A DNA stretch of 64,000 nt from Epiperipatus broadwayi (GCA_028023455.1 JAQFVV010000002.1:992001-1056000), one strand, 5' to 3'; shown: positions 38,871 to 53,300, counted from the stretch's first letter. Program-made: numbers and translations. The notes: generated from the sequence alone by a model not told the origin.

Positions 38871-39596
38871 CATTGAAATAATATAGCTATGGACCATTTC
38901 AAATGTATGTATTGTATATAGCATGAAATAGCTCATTTTATTGTTAAGCCTTCATTGTAATACAAATAAGTATTGTTTATTGAAGTGTATATGTATAGTA
39001 CAGCTTTTCCAATATGCATATATACATAATAGATATGTATATAGTATGCATGTATATTATAGACTTTCTATTTTGCTACATTACTATATGGATGTAAATA
39101 AAAGTCAATTTTCATAGAAATTATAAATTTGAATCAATAGCTAGTAACAATTTATTAGTTACTTTATGGAATAGGTTAAAATCCATTGACTCTGTATTAT
39201 TAAAATTCAGTTAGTTTACTTTAAAACAATATAATTTAATTTAAGTTATAAATTTGGAATATAAAATGCTATTTATTTTAAAATAAAAGTGAATAATAAT
39301 TAAAATAATATAATATAATTTTAAAACAATAATGATAATGAGTAAAGTTAATTTTTTTTGTAATTATTAACAGTCAAATTAAAAATTGCTATTTATTTAT
39401 TATCTTAAATTATTTAAATAATGATAAAATAAATGAAAAATTAAATGTGTGTTGATATGTGTGCATATGCATTCATGTAACAATTAATTAAATTTTACTT
39501 CCTTGTTCTTAAAGTAAATTTATCACTTGTTTAAATAAAAAATGTTACATTTTATTTAACTGTATCAATTTTACAAAATTTTATAAAATTAATTAC

Positions 39597-39811
39597 TTTT
39601 AAGACAAGCTATAATCTGTACCAAATGCACCTTGAAATTTATAAAAGTCAAGCAATATCTTTATTTTGCCAATAGAGGGACTTGTCAAACCATGACATAA
39701 ATTAGCGACTTTTATAAAGATAAGAGCAACCCTCTATTGACAAAATAAAGATATCCTTGATTATTATAAATTTCAAGGAACATTTGGTACAGGTTATAGC
39801 CTGTCTTAAAA
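39597..39811. repeat. Fold-back element (about 80-bp arms)
   Basis: 39597-39678 pairs with 39730-39811 with scattered mismatches. Confidence 0.85.
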
Positions 39812-40293
39812 ATATTTACATATACTTCCTGAGTACTTAATAAATAATTATATCTATAAAATTAATTATTATAATAACATAAATGGTAAATTTTTAGTAT
39901 ACAAATTTAAGTTGAAAAAATAGTGTTTTTTATTAAAAGATACATTAAAATTTAACATTTATAAAATTAAAAAAAATATATTTAATAATCCTAGTTATAA
40001 AATTATTTTAAAAGACTGTCTGGCATTAATTTCCCAATCAAGTATTGATAAAATTTTTCTTTACATACAGGTGAGCAATTGTGAAGGGGGGGGGGGGAGT
40101 GAAATAAAAAAAAAATCAGAGGTATAGAAGTGTATTCCTTTTTTAAAAAATATAAGTCTAAATTTATTATAAATTTTATTGTTTTGCTTTAAAAAGTGGT
40201 AACAATAACTTATAAAACTATGAAAAGTATCTTAAGAAGTTTAGATACTCATTTAATCATGGAATAGAAAAATAAGTTATCCTCATCAGTATA

Positions 40294-41234
40294 CACCTGG
40301 GTCTCATTTTAAGCGATAGATAGGTTCCTCAGAAAACACGCGCAAATGAAATCGTGCAAAAATGGACGTAACTTACCTTGAAAAAGGGGGGATACGGACT
40401 GTGATTTTTCAAAAATCGCGTAAAAGCAAAGCACCAACGTAAAATTACTTTAAAATTTGTGCAAAAAAAAAATAAGGAAATAAAATATGACTAATAAAAA
40501 TTTTCAAATTTGAAAAAAATTGATACAAGACAAACATTTTTTAACTATAATATTTAATTTTATTCAAAACAATATATTTTTATGCATAATTTACAGTAAT
40601 TTACATTTTTTTATACACGTTTTAATTATTATCACTATTTGCAAATAAACCAGTTCGTTTGCAAACTGGTAAAAAATCAGATTTTTCCCAAGAGGAAATA
40701 CAACTAGCGCCAATGTCACTCTCCCGTTGTGTTAATGGTTTTCTGGTGACAACGTAATTAGTAATTAATCTAACAACTAAAAATTAAATTCTTATTTTTG
40801 TCTTTAATTTTTTAATTTTCAATTTTAATTGTGCCCACTGCTATTACTCACCTTTTAAAAATAAATTTGCAGACACTAAATGATTAATAATTGATTACAT
40901 TCTTTTTTAAAAAGCAAAAACAATGTGATTTAAAATGCAAAATTAACACGCACAATGTTTGAACAAATTTACATTATAATCTGTGTATACCTAAAATGTG
41001 GAAATCATGATTTTAATTTCATTATTGCATAAAATCTTACTATTATAAAGCACTGAAAATATTGAAATTACTAAGATGAAAGTTGAATTCCAATAATGTG
41101 CTATTACTTTCAATAAACATGAAATTTATTATTTAAAGTAATAGCGCATTATCGAAGTTCGACTTCCAGAGAAACATGAATCACGTAACTTCAAAATTGC
41201 GTTAAATAAATCCTTGTAAAAAGAGACCCAGGTG
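40294..41234. mobile_element. Young non-autonomous Tc1/mariner-pogo-type DNA transposon
   Basis: TIR CACCTGGGTCTC...GAGACCCAGGTG, TA on both sides (40292-40293 and 41235-41236), CpG-rich, no ORF. Confidence 0.85.
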
Positions 41235-41627
41235 TACTACAGAAACCTACTAAAAACCTATGGTAATGGAAGAAAATAATCTATTTCAAAAAATGTATTT
41301 GATTAAAAAGCTTTGCAGAATCTCAAACCATTTTGTCTACAGAACAACAGAAAAGATATGTAAGAAATTTATATTTGCACATTATCATATGTTGAATGAT
41401 AGAGAACATTTTTTATGAACTTTAACAATTAGCAATGAAAAAAATAATGATTTTATTCAGAACATCACATGATCACTATCTCATACTAGCACATAATTGT
41501 TATTAACCAATTCAAAACAAAGCAAAACTCTCCATACAGTAGTGCCATCTTGTGCTAACAAGAGCAATCAATGGATGCCAGAAGGCTTGTGCATAAAATT
41601 CCTATCTAGTGCCTACTCATCCAATAT

Positions 41628-41665
41628 CCCCAGACTAGTTTCTGGCTTGTGGCCTTCGTCAGTGA
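41628..41665 (-). ncRNA. Family A HHR motif with truncated stem I
   Basis: TCA-CTGACGA-A GGC cacaa GCC A-GAA-ACTAGT-C/TGGGG. Confidence 0.7.
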
Positions 41666-41929
41666 TCATGTGATGTTTAGTGGATTAACATCAATCCTGC
41701 CTAATAGGATAGTGGTGGCTATGGTTGTTAAAGAGCCAAAGACACCAAAATGTATGGGTGCTGAATTGAGTTCAGACCCATATGACTATATAAGCTATTG
41801 AGCTTGGATTGAAAATATTAGTGTGTTTTCAATTTCATTCTCATAGTTTTGTAGTTGAGTTAAAAGGTGGCTGCTGGAGGGTTGCATTAGATCCTAAGAT
41901 CTAGGTGCAGTGCTCTCAGATCCAAGGCG

Positions 41930-41969
41930 CCTCACTGACGAAGGCCACAAGCCAGAAACTAGTCTGGGG
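41930..41969 (+). ncRNA. Family A minimal type I HHR motif
   Basis: CCTCA-CTGACGA-A GGC cacaa GCC A-GAA-ACTAGT-C/TGGGG; predicted cleavage after 41964. Confidence 0.8.
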
Positions 41970-43789
41970 ATATTGGATGAGTAGGCACTAGATAGGGATT
42001 TTATGCACAAGCCTTCTGGCATCCATTGACTGCTCTTGTTAGCACAAGATGGCACTACTGTATGGAGAGTTTTGCTTTGTTTTGAATTGTTTAATTTTAT
42101 TCAGAACTTGTTGTTTTAAATTTATGAGTGACTTTAGCAGAGTGATAATAATTTTAAGAGGAAAAATATAATGCTGACTAATTTTTCATTAAAAATGTAT
42201 CTACTAACTGTTATTCTGTTTAAATATTAATGAATAACTGTTTTAATATGATGAATATGGATTATTGAGGAGAAGAATTGTAGAATTCTATAATGTTACC
42301 ACAAGTATTATTAAGTTATTAACATTTAAATGTGAATCATTTTGAGGAGAATTCTAAAATTTTATAAGTCTAGTAGCAAACATTATTGAAATTATTATTA
42401 TATTAAATGTGAATGATTTGCAAAACTTTCAAAAACTGTATAATTTTGCAGTGAATATTTTAATGTTGAAAGAAAGGACATTTTAAAAATTTGATAAATG
42501 ACTTATTAAATAATAAATACATATTTATTAACATGGAGGAATCTATTTTTATCAATGATGTAAAAAGAATGAACTTTTATTACAAGAACGTTTTATTTAT
42601 TATTGATAATTACCATTTCCCTTGGATTTCTTTCATGTTTTTTATTCATGCTGCAAAGAATGGTGAAAAAGTGAGGAGGGAGAAAAAGAAAAAAATCTCT
42701 CTCTGTTCAAGTAACTGATCATCATAGAAACTAGTGTTCCCCATTCAAAAATATTCTATTCAGTTCAAGGAATGAAAGAAAACTTTTTGTTTTTTTTAAT
42801 GTAACATATGATATAATCTTTGAGTTAATATTAGTTATTTATAATATTTTATTAATTTAAGACTTAAGTATTTTAGAATTTTTTTGGTATTAAAAAAGAG
42901 AAGCAAAATTAGAATTTTTCTTGGTTTTGTTTATTATGATTCTATAACATCAAGAAATTATATCAATTAGCGGATCATCAATAATAATCATAAGAATATT
43001 ATGATTAAGATAACTTTAATTTACTATTGTTTAGTATAAAATATTGGTATTTAATTATTCAAACCAAAATTCAGGTAAAATAAATATTTATAATATTTAC
43101 TGTGTTTATATTCATGTAATGATAAATTACAGAGATGTGAATATGATTATAAAAGGTGTGAATAATTGATCTCTGAACAAGTTAAAAGTAATTAACTTAG
43201 TGTACTTATGATAAATTATATATCATAAACAATTTTTTTGTTTTTATTTTAATCTTTTTGGTGTCCAAGATATGAAATGCTAAGAAGTTCGGATATTATT
43301 TAAAGAAAAGATTGTACAGTATTCATCTACAATGTTGAATATTTTATAGAGAGGGTTTGATAGAGAAGCAGTGGTTGAGGAATATGGTTTATTAGGAAAT
43401 CATGTAATGATAGGGATGTATTTAATATTAAGTATATTACAGTTAAAGTAAGTCAATATCTTTGTGATACATGGACTGTAGTATTTTTTCATAAATCAAT
43501 AAGAGCTTAAAAGAGAAGCCAAGATAGAAATTAAGGCAGACACAAGAAAAATGTAGCCTTAAGTTATGAATCCATAATATCATTATTCTTATGGTTTATA
43601 AGATGTTCATCCCTCATTTATAACCACTAATATCACACTAATATCCACATTGTATTAGAGAATTGTATATTTGAACAAAGAATAATAGCTAGACTCTCAA
43701 ATGATGACAAGATTATTTATTTAATGCAAGAAGAGTAAAATTTAGAACAAATGAAATATTAAAAGAGTGTATAAATAAAATTTTATGAA

Positions 43790-44130
43790 AATAGACAAAA
43801 CTCTTTATGCAGCAGTGCCACTCAATGCAAGCCAGAGTAATCAATGGATGTCAGAAGGCTTGTGCATTTAGTGCCTACTTATCCAATATCCTCAGACTAG
43901 TTTCTGGCTTGTGGCCTTCATCAGTGAGGAGCCTTGGATCTGAGAGCACTGTACCTAGATCTTAGGATCTAATGCAACCCTCCAGCAGCCACCTTTTATC
44001 TCTACTTAACTACAAAACTATGAGAATAAAATTGAAAACACAATACTTTCAATCTAAGCTCATTGGCTTATATAGTCATATAGGTCTGAATTCAGTTCAA
44101 TACCCATACATTTTGGTGTCTTTGGTGGTT
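43790..44130 (-). mobile_element. Family A single copy with a 14-bp TSD and an HHR at 43890-43929
   Basis: TSD TAAAATTTTATGAA at 43776-43789 and 44131-44144; CCTCA-CTGATGA-AGGCcacaaGCCA-GAA-ACTAGT-C/TGAGG with a perfect stem I. Confidence 0.85.
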
Positions 44131-45589
44131 TAAAATTTTATGAATGATTTTTGTGTTCAAATTTTTAGAGATCAAATTATAGAAAGAATGTTGGAGTGAT
44201 ATGAGAAGTGATGATGGAAATAAAGCTGAATCTAATTTATACTATTATAAATAATAGAATAGAATACCATATCATACTTAATATTTAAATAATTATATGT
44301 TTATTTTATAATTAGGAATAAACATATAACAAGTTTTAGAGTTATAATTAAGTTATCCTATTATTGAATATTAAAAGTAAATAAATAATGATTGAAGAAT
44401 ATATTTTGGAAAATGTAGAATATGATAACGTATAAGTTGCTACATTATTAATGTTTTAGTACTTTAATAGTTACAAAGTTCAGTGTGAAAGACACTATCT
44501 TATAATTTTAAAGTGCAATTATTTACTTTTCTTATAAGTATTTTTTTTTTTTAATTTTTAAATTTTAGAATCAGTTAAATATATATTATATTTCTTAATA
44601 AATATAATATTTGTATTGTTCTCAGAATTTTGTATTAATATTGTAATAAACTATTAGTGTTGTTTATAATTAACCAAATGTCTATATTCTCTTTTCTTGT
44701 TATTTTCAAGTCATTATACATCATCCTAACCACACATGCATTGTAATAATTAAATATATTTGGGTATTATTGCATGTAATCTAAATGAAATAATGAATAA
44801 TAAAAATATTATGTTTGTTAAAGATATTAGATATTGAATCTAAAAATGTAACTCAATGATTATTGTAAAGATTGATATCTAGAATGCGACATTAAAAATA
44901 AATGATAGAATATAATAAGTAGTAATAAGAATCTATTTTAAATTTATTTATGATAATAAATCATTATTAATTCATAATTTTAACTTAGTTTTAGTCTAGT
45001 TTATAAGCAAATTAGTTAATGATTTTAAAAGGGAAGTATTAGTTAGTCTATTTGTTTCTTGATTGTTATTAATTTTATATATCTAGATGTATGCTAAAAC
45101 CTTCTTTAAATTTAGATATACCAATTAATTTATTTATTGTACAAAATAATAATAATGACCTGAGATTTTAATTGAGTTATAAAATTTTAGTCAAAGAGAG
45201 ATATAATTAATTTATTAGATAAATAAATGTAAAATAGTGTTATAGTTAAATTCAATTTAAAAAATGTTGATATTAAATATAATTTATTTTTCCAAAGTGT
45301 GAGTTATGGAAGTATCACTAATATAGTCTATGGTGATATTCCTATGCCATTGAAAATAGACTTTTTGGTATATGCTTAATGTTAAAAAGGAAGGTACCTT
45401 TTTTGGGCAATTTAAATAGTAATATGTCTCATAAATTTGTAGTAATAAATGGTTAAATGATTTATTAGGACTAGTTTAATTTATATTAGATATGCATTAT
45501 TAGAATTTTTATGTAGGAACTCAGCTAAGCTAGAATGGAAGAGTTATTATTATCAGTAGTGGTAGGGCACTTGAAGTGGTCATGTATAT

Positions 45590-45919
45590 ATATATAAACC
45601 ATTATACAATTACAAATATCCAGTAATGTCCTCTGTTTAAAAGTCTATATCACAATAATAGTGAACTTCAAAATGATACCACTTTGAAGTTGTATGCTAA
45701 ACAATGTTAAATATTGAAATACAAACCAACTTAAACACAGAGCATGAAATTTTAAATAAGCAAACGATTTTAAATTTTGCTAATAAACTAACATGTTTAC
45801 AAACTTATTAAAGACAAACTAAACATTAGATTTTAATCTTGAAATAGCCCTCCCAAACTATAAATGAAAAGAAAGTTACTGTTAACTGGATATTTGTAAT
45901 TGTATAATGGTTTATATAT
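45590..45919. repeat. Element with about 35-bp terminal inverted repeats (MITE-like)
   Basis: 45590-45624 is the reverse complement of 45886-45919. Confidence 0.75.
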
Positions 45920-48559
45920 TTGTATGATTATTTCAGTTAGTGTTAATGGTAGCTTTCTATTCATATATATATATATATATGCTTCATGTGTATATTGTTG
46001 CCATTAACTTGTAATTCCAAGGCTTTTAAAAAATAATGTATAAAGAAATTTAATTTTACTATAAAATTTAAATTTATTAAGCAATTTAATATTATGTTGT
46101 AGTAAGGGGGGGGGGGGTTCAAGTTATCAAAGAAAATGTAATTAATTGAATTAAAATCAATTGGTGATAAAAAGAATGTACAAATTAAATTTTAATTTTG
46201 TAATTATTTATGAAAAAAGGGTGATGAAACATGTAAGGACCAGATAAAATCAAATATATTCAGAATTTAATTAAGAAATGCAATTAGTAAAATTTTAAAA
46301 TTAAACTAGATTGAGTTATATATTTCTTTAGATAGTAAGAAAATAATTTTCTCTTTTGAAATTAATTAATCAATTTGGAAACATCTGGTTACCTTTGTTT
46401 TTGAGAGGTATATATATGAGCAAAAAATATTAATTATTGTAAACTTCTTGTAAAGTTTTTTTTGAAGCTGCTAAATGACATCCTGCTATGACTCATGAGT
46501 AGTCCGCAATTTCTCTGGCCATCTCCATGAAGCTGAATATGGACTACCCTGATACTATAGCAGGTGATGTCATTAAACTCCCTGCCTACAATTGATGATC
46601 CAAATTGCTGACATACTATGCCATTGCTATCAAGAGAAAGCACCCAGTATATAATGCTATTGAGTGACTAGCTAGCCAATTCTACTGTTTGTCAAAATCC
46701 TTCATGAAACTCTGGTAAAATAATAATTTAATTCTATAAATTTTAGTTTATCAGTAAATGATTAAAGCCACTTTAATATTGTGCTTTCTTTGCTTCCACA
46801 TTTTATTTATTAACCACTCTTTAAATTGTGTTTTCTTCTGGTATTATATAAATATTCTTACTGTATTATTAAAATGTTTTAAGGATACTCAATCTTTTTT
46901 AAATTTGCTAGACTTATTGTTTAAGAATCAGATGGAGGTAAATGTAGTAAAATATTCCAATGATTAAAATATTTAACATTATCTAATGAAAAGACCAATA
47001 ATTAAATAAAAACAAGATATTTAAATCTCTCCTCACTGATTTTATTTTATTTTTTTATTTGTGATTTTAAACTTGTCTATTTAAAATTAGTTTTTCAAAA
47101 TATCATTTAGCCATTAATGTTATTACAATGGTTTATATAAAACTTTCAAAATAAAAATTAAGATCGAGTGTTAAGATGTTTAAAAGTAAACTTTACTTTC
47201 TTTTAGAAGGGATAAGTATATATATAAAGCCTGCTAATGGCTCAAAACAAGCTTATTTTTTATATTTTTTAATGATAAATGCTACAAAAGAAAGTACCTG
47301 AAGTTGAAAGTTAAAACTTCATTTCTTTTCTTTTGACAAATATATTTATGTATACTGTAAAAGATGATAGTTTATTCTATAAAACTTTTTAATTCAATGT
47401 AATATATTATCAACTGTTATGCTATTATATAAGTATTTCTTTATATATATAAGCCCTATGGGGGAGATCTCTACTTAAGCAGGGAATAATCTCTTTATAC
47501 ATTTTTTATATTTTAATAATTGTGTAGACCTTGATTTAGCCTCATATAATAGATGTCCGCATATTATAAATTTATGGCATGACCATTTACATTTTATAGA
47601 TTAAAATTTTAAGGCTAAATGTTCATTATGTATAAATGTAGTGTTACTGGTTGTCAAATTTCATGTTTGTTTATTTGTGTTCTTCAGGAGGCATATATCC
47701 TTGCTTCAGAAAATTTAATTTGACGGTTTCATTCTAAATGTGTTTCACGCAAAGGCAGGAGCATTCCTTTCATTTTTTAATTCCCAGGTGGTCTTATTAT
47801 TTCTTGTTACCAGTGCAGTGGATAATTACTGCCTGTTAATAAGAATAATATATTAAGGGTTGTATGAAAATGCTAAATCCTTCATTCTATGACCCATTTA
47901 ACTTCACAAACAGTGAATATATTCCCATCATTGCCTTATTGTAAGACTTGGATATGACATTGCAGAGGTAATCATATCCCATTCTACCTCATTATTTAAT
48001 TATTTATTACTTTAGCAACTCAGTACCACATTTTTATTCCTTTTTTATATCAAAGCCTGATATTTCAGCATTTATTGGTCATGATCATGAGAACTACATT
48101 AACCATATTTTATGGAGTTAATTAAACTTACCTTGTTTTATTTATTATCATGTACCTGATTGAGGGATATCTGCCCCAAAGTCAAATATGTTCATCATCT
48201 GAGGTCTATTATTATATATGTTATACATTGAAACTTTGACCTATGTACTCACTAATTAATGTAATTCCCACTATCTTATAAGTCTAGCAACCAAATTAAG
48301 TGGTAGTTATCTAATTCTAAGAGTCTCTACCTCTTTGTGATCACTGGGCCTAAAAAATGAAGTAGTATGTGGGTTGGAATGAATTGTGGTAGTTGAAATT
48401 CCCTTAGTGGTGATTTTTGCTATTGTCAGCTCATCCTGACCATTACACATAATTTTTTAGCATGGTGCCCAATGCAGGTCCTGAACTTAAACCATGAATC
48501 CCTGAGATTAAATGACTCAATCTTTTTTAAAAAGATCATACCTAACATAAAGCCTCAAC

Positions 48560-50560
48560 TATGCCCCATATAAACTTACAAATCAAGGGGATACAAACTA
48601 TTGTCCTGTTGGACACTGGCAGCCAAATTTCATTGATCTCCAAGGAATGGTTTTTTCCAAATAAGGGAGTAGATGACGAATGTCCCTACCTTACTCTACC
48701 CATCAAACAAACTCAGGTTATTATGGCAAATGGCTGAAGTGCAAAGATTGAAGCCCAACAGATCTGGATGAAAATGATCTTTGGCATGACAAAATTTTGA
48801 ACATGTATTTCTCATTATGTCAGGACTCATACACAATGTTGTCATGGGATCAGATTACCTAAATCAATACTTATGTTCATTAGACTATTGTCATGTGTTT
48901 TTTCAGATTGCCACAGAAGTGATGGGTTGCATCATTAATGAAAATCTGATTCTGGAAAAAGTAGAGCATTCATCATTTGCCACAGAAACAGTAAAACAAA
49001 AGCTAAGGGTAATCTTAAAAGATCATGCCTCTGTATTTTCTAGTAAAGCAGGTACTATACATGGATACAAGAGTAAGAGAGGAAACTCCCTTTCAGAGCT
49101 GCATCTATCCAATCCCATTTTAATACAAGAAAGAGGTGGTAGATCAGCCACAACAAATTATTAATTGGGATAAGAGTCCCTCTTCATATAATAACTCATT
49201 AGTTATTGTCAAAAAGAAAACCAGGGTTGTGCAGTTGTGCCTGAAGGCACATAAGGTAAATGAAATTACTATCCCAGAATGAGATATCCCACCATCTATC
49301 CTGGATTTATTCATTCATCTGGCCAATAAGATTTTTTCAACTGTAGACTTGACATCAAGTTACTAGCAGATTGTATTACATCCTCAAGATCACAAGTATA
49401 TGACCTTCAGATATAATGGGTATACTATGTCTTTCAATACATGCCTTTTAGACACATTAATAATGGATCAGGCTTGTTGAGATGCCTGCATCAAGGGTTG
49501 TCACCTGAACTTAAGGACATTTTAGTGTGTTATGTGAATGATGTGGTTGCATCTACAGATTTTGATGAACCTATGAACCACCTTCACCAATTTTTTTGGA
49601 ATGTAGGGAGAGAACCATTACTGTAAATCTCCAGAAAAGTGGTTTTGCTATGAAAGAAATCTCCTTTTTGGGTCATTTGATCAGTGGACAAGGAATCCAT
49701 CCATATCCCCAGAAAATATCTGCAATAGAGAACTTTCCCTGATCTACCTGTAGAAAACATACAAGATCCTTTCTGGGCTACATAACTTTTATCACAAATC
49801 TTACAAAAAAAAAATTTGCTATGAAAGCAGCCTCATTACCTCTGTTACTTCAAAATGATCATCAATGGAGCTGGTCAGCAATTCAAGAACAGGATTTTAA
49901 TCAGATCAAAGAGGGGTTCATAAAAGCTGTAATGATTTACCACCCAAATTTCAAACTCCCCTTTTATTTGCAGACTGATAGTAGCTGGCAAGGATTAGGT
50001 GTGGTACTATTTCAGTTGGATGAAGGAAAAAACCATATGTATTACATTTCTGTAGTAGAACTTTTAGGGGTGCTGCACTGAACTACACAACCACTGAACA
50101 GGAAGCCTTGGCAACTGTGTGAGCTTGTGGGAGGTTTAAGCAATTTCTACTGGGGTCTGAAGTCATCATTATCACCGACCACAAGTGCCTTGAATTTCTT
50201 AATTGGGATATTTGACCAATGATCATTTAATCTGGTGGATCTTATTTCTGCAAAAGTTTAAATATAAAGTGATTCATTGTCCAGGGCCTAAAAATACAGT
50301 AGCAGACATATTGAGCCATCATCCAGTTGATATCATGCCACAGAATTTAACTGTAGACAATGCATAAATAGCCATCACGTCTCTTCACATTGATGAATCG
50401 GTGAAGAAATCAGTGGAGAAAGAATTTAAAAAAAATACCTTTCCCACAAAAGAATACCCCAACATATGGACTGATAATGACAGATTTAGATAAAGGGAAT
50501 ACTGGAAGAAAATCTTCATGTACAGCAGTTGAGACAAATGCATAATGTAGACAGAGGGTT
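48560..50560 (+). mobile_element. Ty3/Gypsy pol remnant (protease, RT, RNase H)
   Basis: VLLDTGSQISLISKEW protease near 48604; DLTSSY...DHKYMTF and YVNDV (degenerate YxDD) in RT; FYLQTDSS RNase H near 49965; frameshifted. LTRs were not found. Confidence 0.9.
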
Positions 50561-51989
50561 ATTATTTTATACCAATTATTGTTAAAAGATATATTACTTT
50601 TTGTTTTTATTAAGTACTGTTTGACAAATAATAATATCTGGAGTTCATTGACTTTCTTTTATTTCAATTTTTTCATATAATGACAATGAAAAAATATATT
50701 TTTTCCATATGTTCAGCACTAATTCATCATGATAATTATTTAAAATAATATTTCTTTTATTATTTTAATATATTTTTCTGTAATAAAGACTTATATGTTA
50801 ATTTATAAATGCTAATTACAAGGGAAAAAACAGAATATTTTGTTGCTCATCCTAAATGTAAACAATAAAAATTTATTCAGTATAAAGAAAAACTAGAGTA
50901 GATAAACATACTACACTCAAATAACTATTGATACTGTGACAGCAAGCAGCTCCAATGGTGTTAATTATGTAAAAGTAAACAAATCTAGAAACTTACTGAT
51001 ATTCACCAAATATGACATTTTTGGCACATAATTAGCAGCTTTTTTGAATAGAATCTCAAACTTCACTTAAAATAATTATTTTTAAAAATGGTTTAATTAG
51101 TCATATTTATGTAATAATTATACAAATATTGAATGATTGTTATAGATATTTTCAAGCTTAAATTTAATACTTTTTTTCTGGGGGTGCTGCTATATTTTAG
51201 TGCTTATGAACCAGTCACCATTGGTGTGTGTATATATATATAGTATACATGAAACTGACTACACACACATACATCTTAAAGACTATTATCACCAACAATC
51301 ATCAAAAACATATTGTTAATGATATACTAACAACTTGGTGTAACTTTGTCATTTTAAAATTATATTTTTAACTATTCTTAGCAATACTGATTTATAGATA
51401 ATTAATTTTTTTTTAAAAAAGCAAGAAATCCATAAAAATCAAAGAAAGAAATAATTAAACTTTAATATTTGTTAATCCATTACATGAAACATTCAGATAT
51501 TTAAGTGACATCACAAAAAAAAGTGAACTCAAATTGGCATGAAAAACAATATATATAAAAAAATTTGATGGAGTAGCTAGCTGAAAGATAAAATAAAAGA
51601 CTTCTTTTCTTTTAAAAAAAAGGGAGATTTGAACATAATAGTGGCTAGTTAATACACAGCTTAACAAAATCTAATTCAAATCCACTATTTAAAATGATGT
51701 AATAACAGCCATTAAACTGCCATATATCCAATGAAGAAAATAATATCATGAAATGAAGAGAAAACTGTGTGTTTGAATAGGAATGGACTAAATATTTTTC
51801 AAAGTCACTTTACAAACTATAGGATTATTATTATTCATAATAATACTGAACTGTAGTTTAACAGTAAGAAATCTCCTCAAGCTTATTTCAAGGATTTGTA
51901 AAATTAAAAATCTGTTATTTAATTCTTAATAAAAGCAGGAATGTCAAGTAAAATTTATCAATACAGTTACATAACTATGTCTGGCTAAA

Positions 51990-52180
51990 AGAAAGAGAAC
52001 ATCATAGAGATAAAGTGTTCGCCATACAACCATGATATTAGATTTGAGTTTTAATGGAAATCAGCTTCTACCTATTCATGTTGAATATAACACTAGAATA
52101 TGTTACAACAAACCAAGGAAAATTCTTAGATTGAAAGGAATACTTTAGGTGAAAGAATGGAATCACCATTAGAATATTCG
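51990..52180 (+). pseudogene. Possible decayed YqaJ-like nuclease fragment of transposon origin
   Basis: IIEIKCSPY resembles the EIKCP motif; multiple stops. Confidence 0.25.
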
Positions 52181-52959
52181 AATGGCATTTGAACATCAGA
52201 AAGTGGATTTTAAATGATGAAAAAGAAAAGATTCCTACAAATAGAATTCCTTGAATATATATCAGTAGAAACTGTTACTAATTTAATCTTTGACTTGACT
52301 ACACAGGATTAACATTATACATAAAAATTTTCTTTGTATTTTTTTAAATTCAAATTTCTTTCTTTTGATAATAGGTTTAATTTCACCCAATCATAATTTT
52401 AATCTATATAGAGAGAGATCAGGAATATTAGTATTCTCATATTATTAATAAAAAAGTATACATATAAGCCACAAGCTGGCTAATAATAAGTTTAATTATT
52501 TACAGTCTATAAGGTAAGACTTTATTACTTTACATAATATTAGATACCTACAATAGGACATTTATAATGTTTAACCTTAAATGTGAAATGTTTGTTACAA
52601 TTAATTTATTAGTTAGATCTTTGTTATTCAGAATGTATGACTAAAATTCTTGTATAATTGATCTTTATTATCATATTTTCATATTGTTAGAAAGAGGTTC
52701 CTAAAATATAAAATAATACTTATAAAATCCTATTTCTGGGATATACTCACTAAGGATATGACTATTAGTGTGTACTTATTATTATTTGCATGAATATTTA
52801 AATTTTGTTTGCATTGTATATTGAAGAGATGAAATGAAGGATGATCACACTTAGCCAATATTATGTTGAAATATAACTAAAAACAAATTTTGCTATAGTT
52901 AATGATTTTATTAAATACTTATTATCATAATCAAAGTCATTGTTATTTATCTACTCCAT

Positions 52960-53300
52960 AATTCATCACATCACATCATATATATAAGGTTTGTATATAA
53001 GCACCATACAATCCTATTCTGAAATAGAATCCATGCATATTCTTCCTGTGTTTGAATACCAGGGCATAACATGAGCAGGTTAGAGGGAATATAGAAATGG
53101 GCATATTAACCTGAAGTTCCTTACATCTAACTACCACTAATTTCATGATTATATTGATTGAAATAAATTACTTCAATGATCATGATAAGATATATGCTTT
53201 CAATAAGAAAAGGCTCTTCAATTACATATGGCACATCTACTCGTTGGGTATGAAACATATGTTTTAATATTACGATATACAGCACAATGACTTGACTGCT
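52960..53300 (-). mobile_element. Possible very decayed PLE RT C-terminal fragment
   Basis: The HP...CAV...RCAICN...MPWY pattern loosely matches the PLE thumb region. Confidence 0.25.

Larger units (their letters stand above)
41464..42093. mobile_element. Family A composite insertion with two opposed HHRs and a 14-bp TSD
   Basis: TSD ATTTTATTCAGAAC at 41450-41463 and 42094-42107; about 155-bp inverted arms 41510-41664 and 41933-42090. Confidence 0.9.

Noticed and set aside
40255-40292. HHR from minus-strand CTGATGAG
   Set aside because: No stem II or GAAA follows.
45310-45345. Maverick/Polinton polB YGDTD motif
   Set aside because: The sequence reads YGDIPM and no other polB motifs are nearby.
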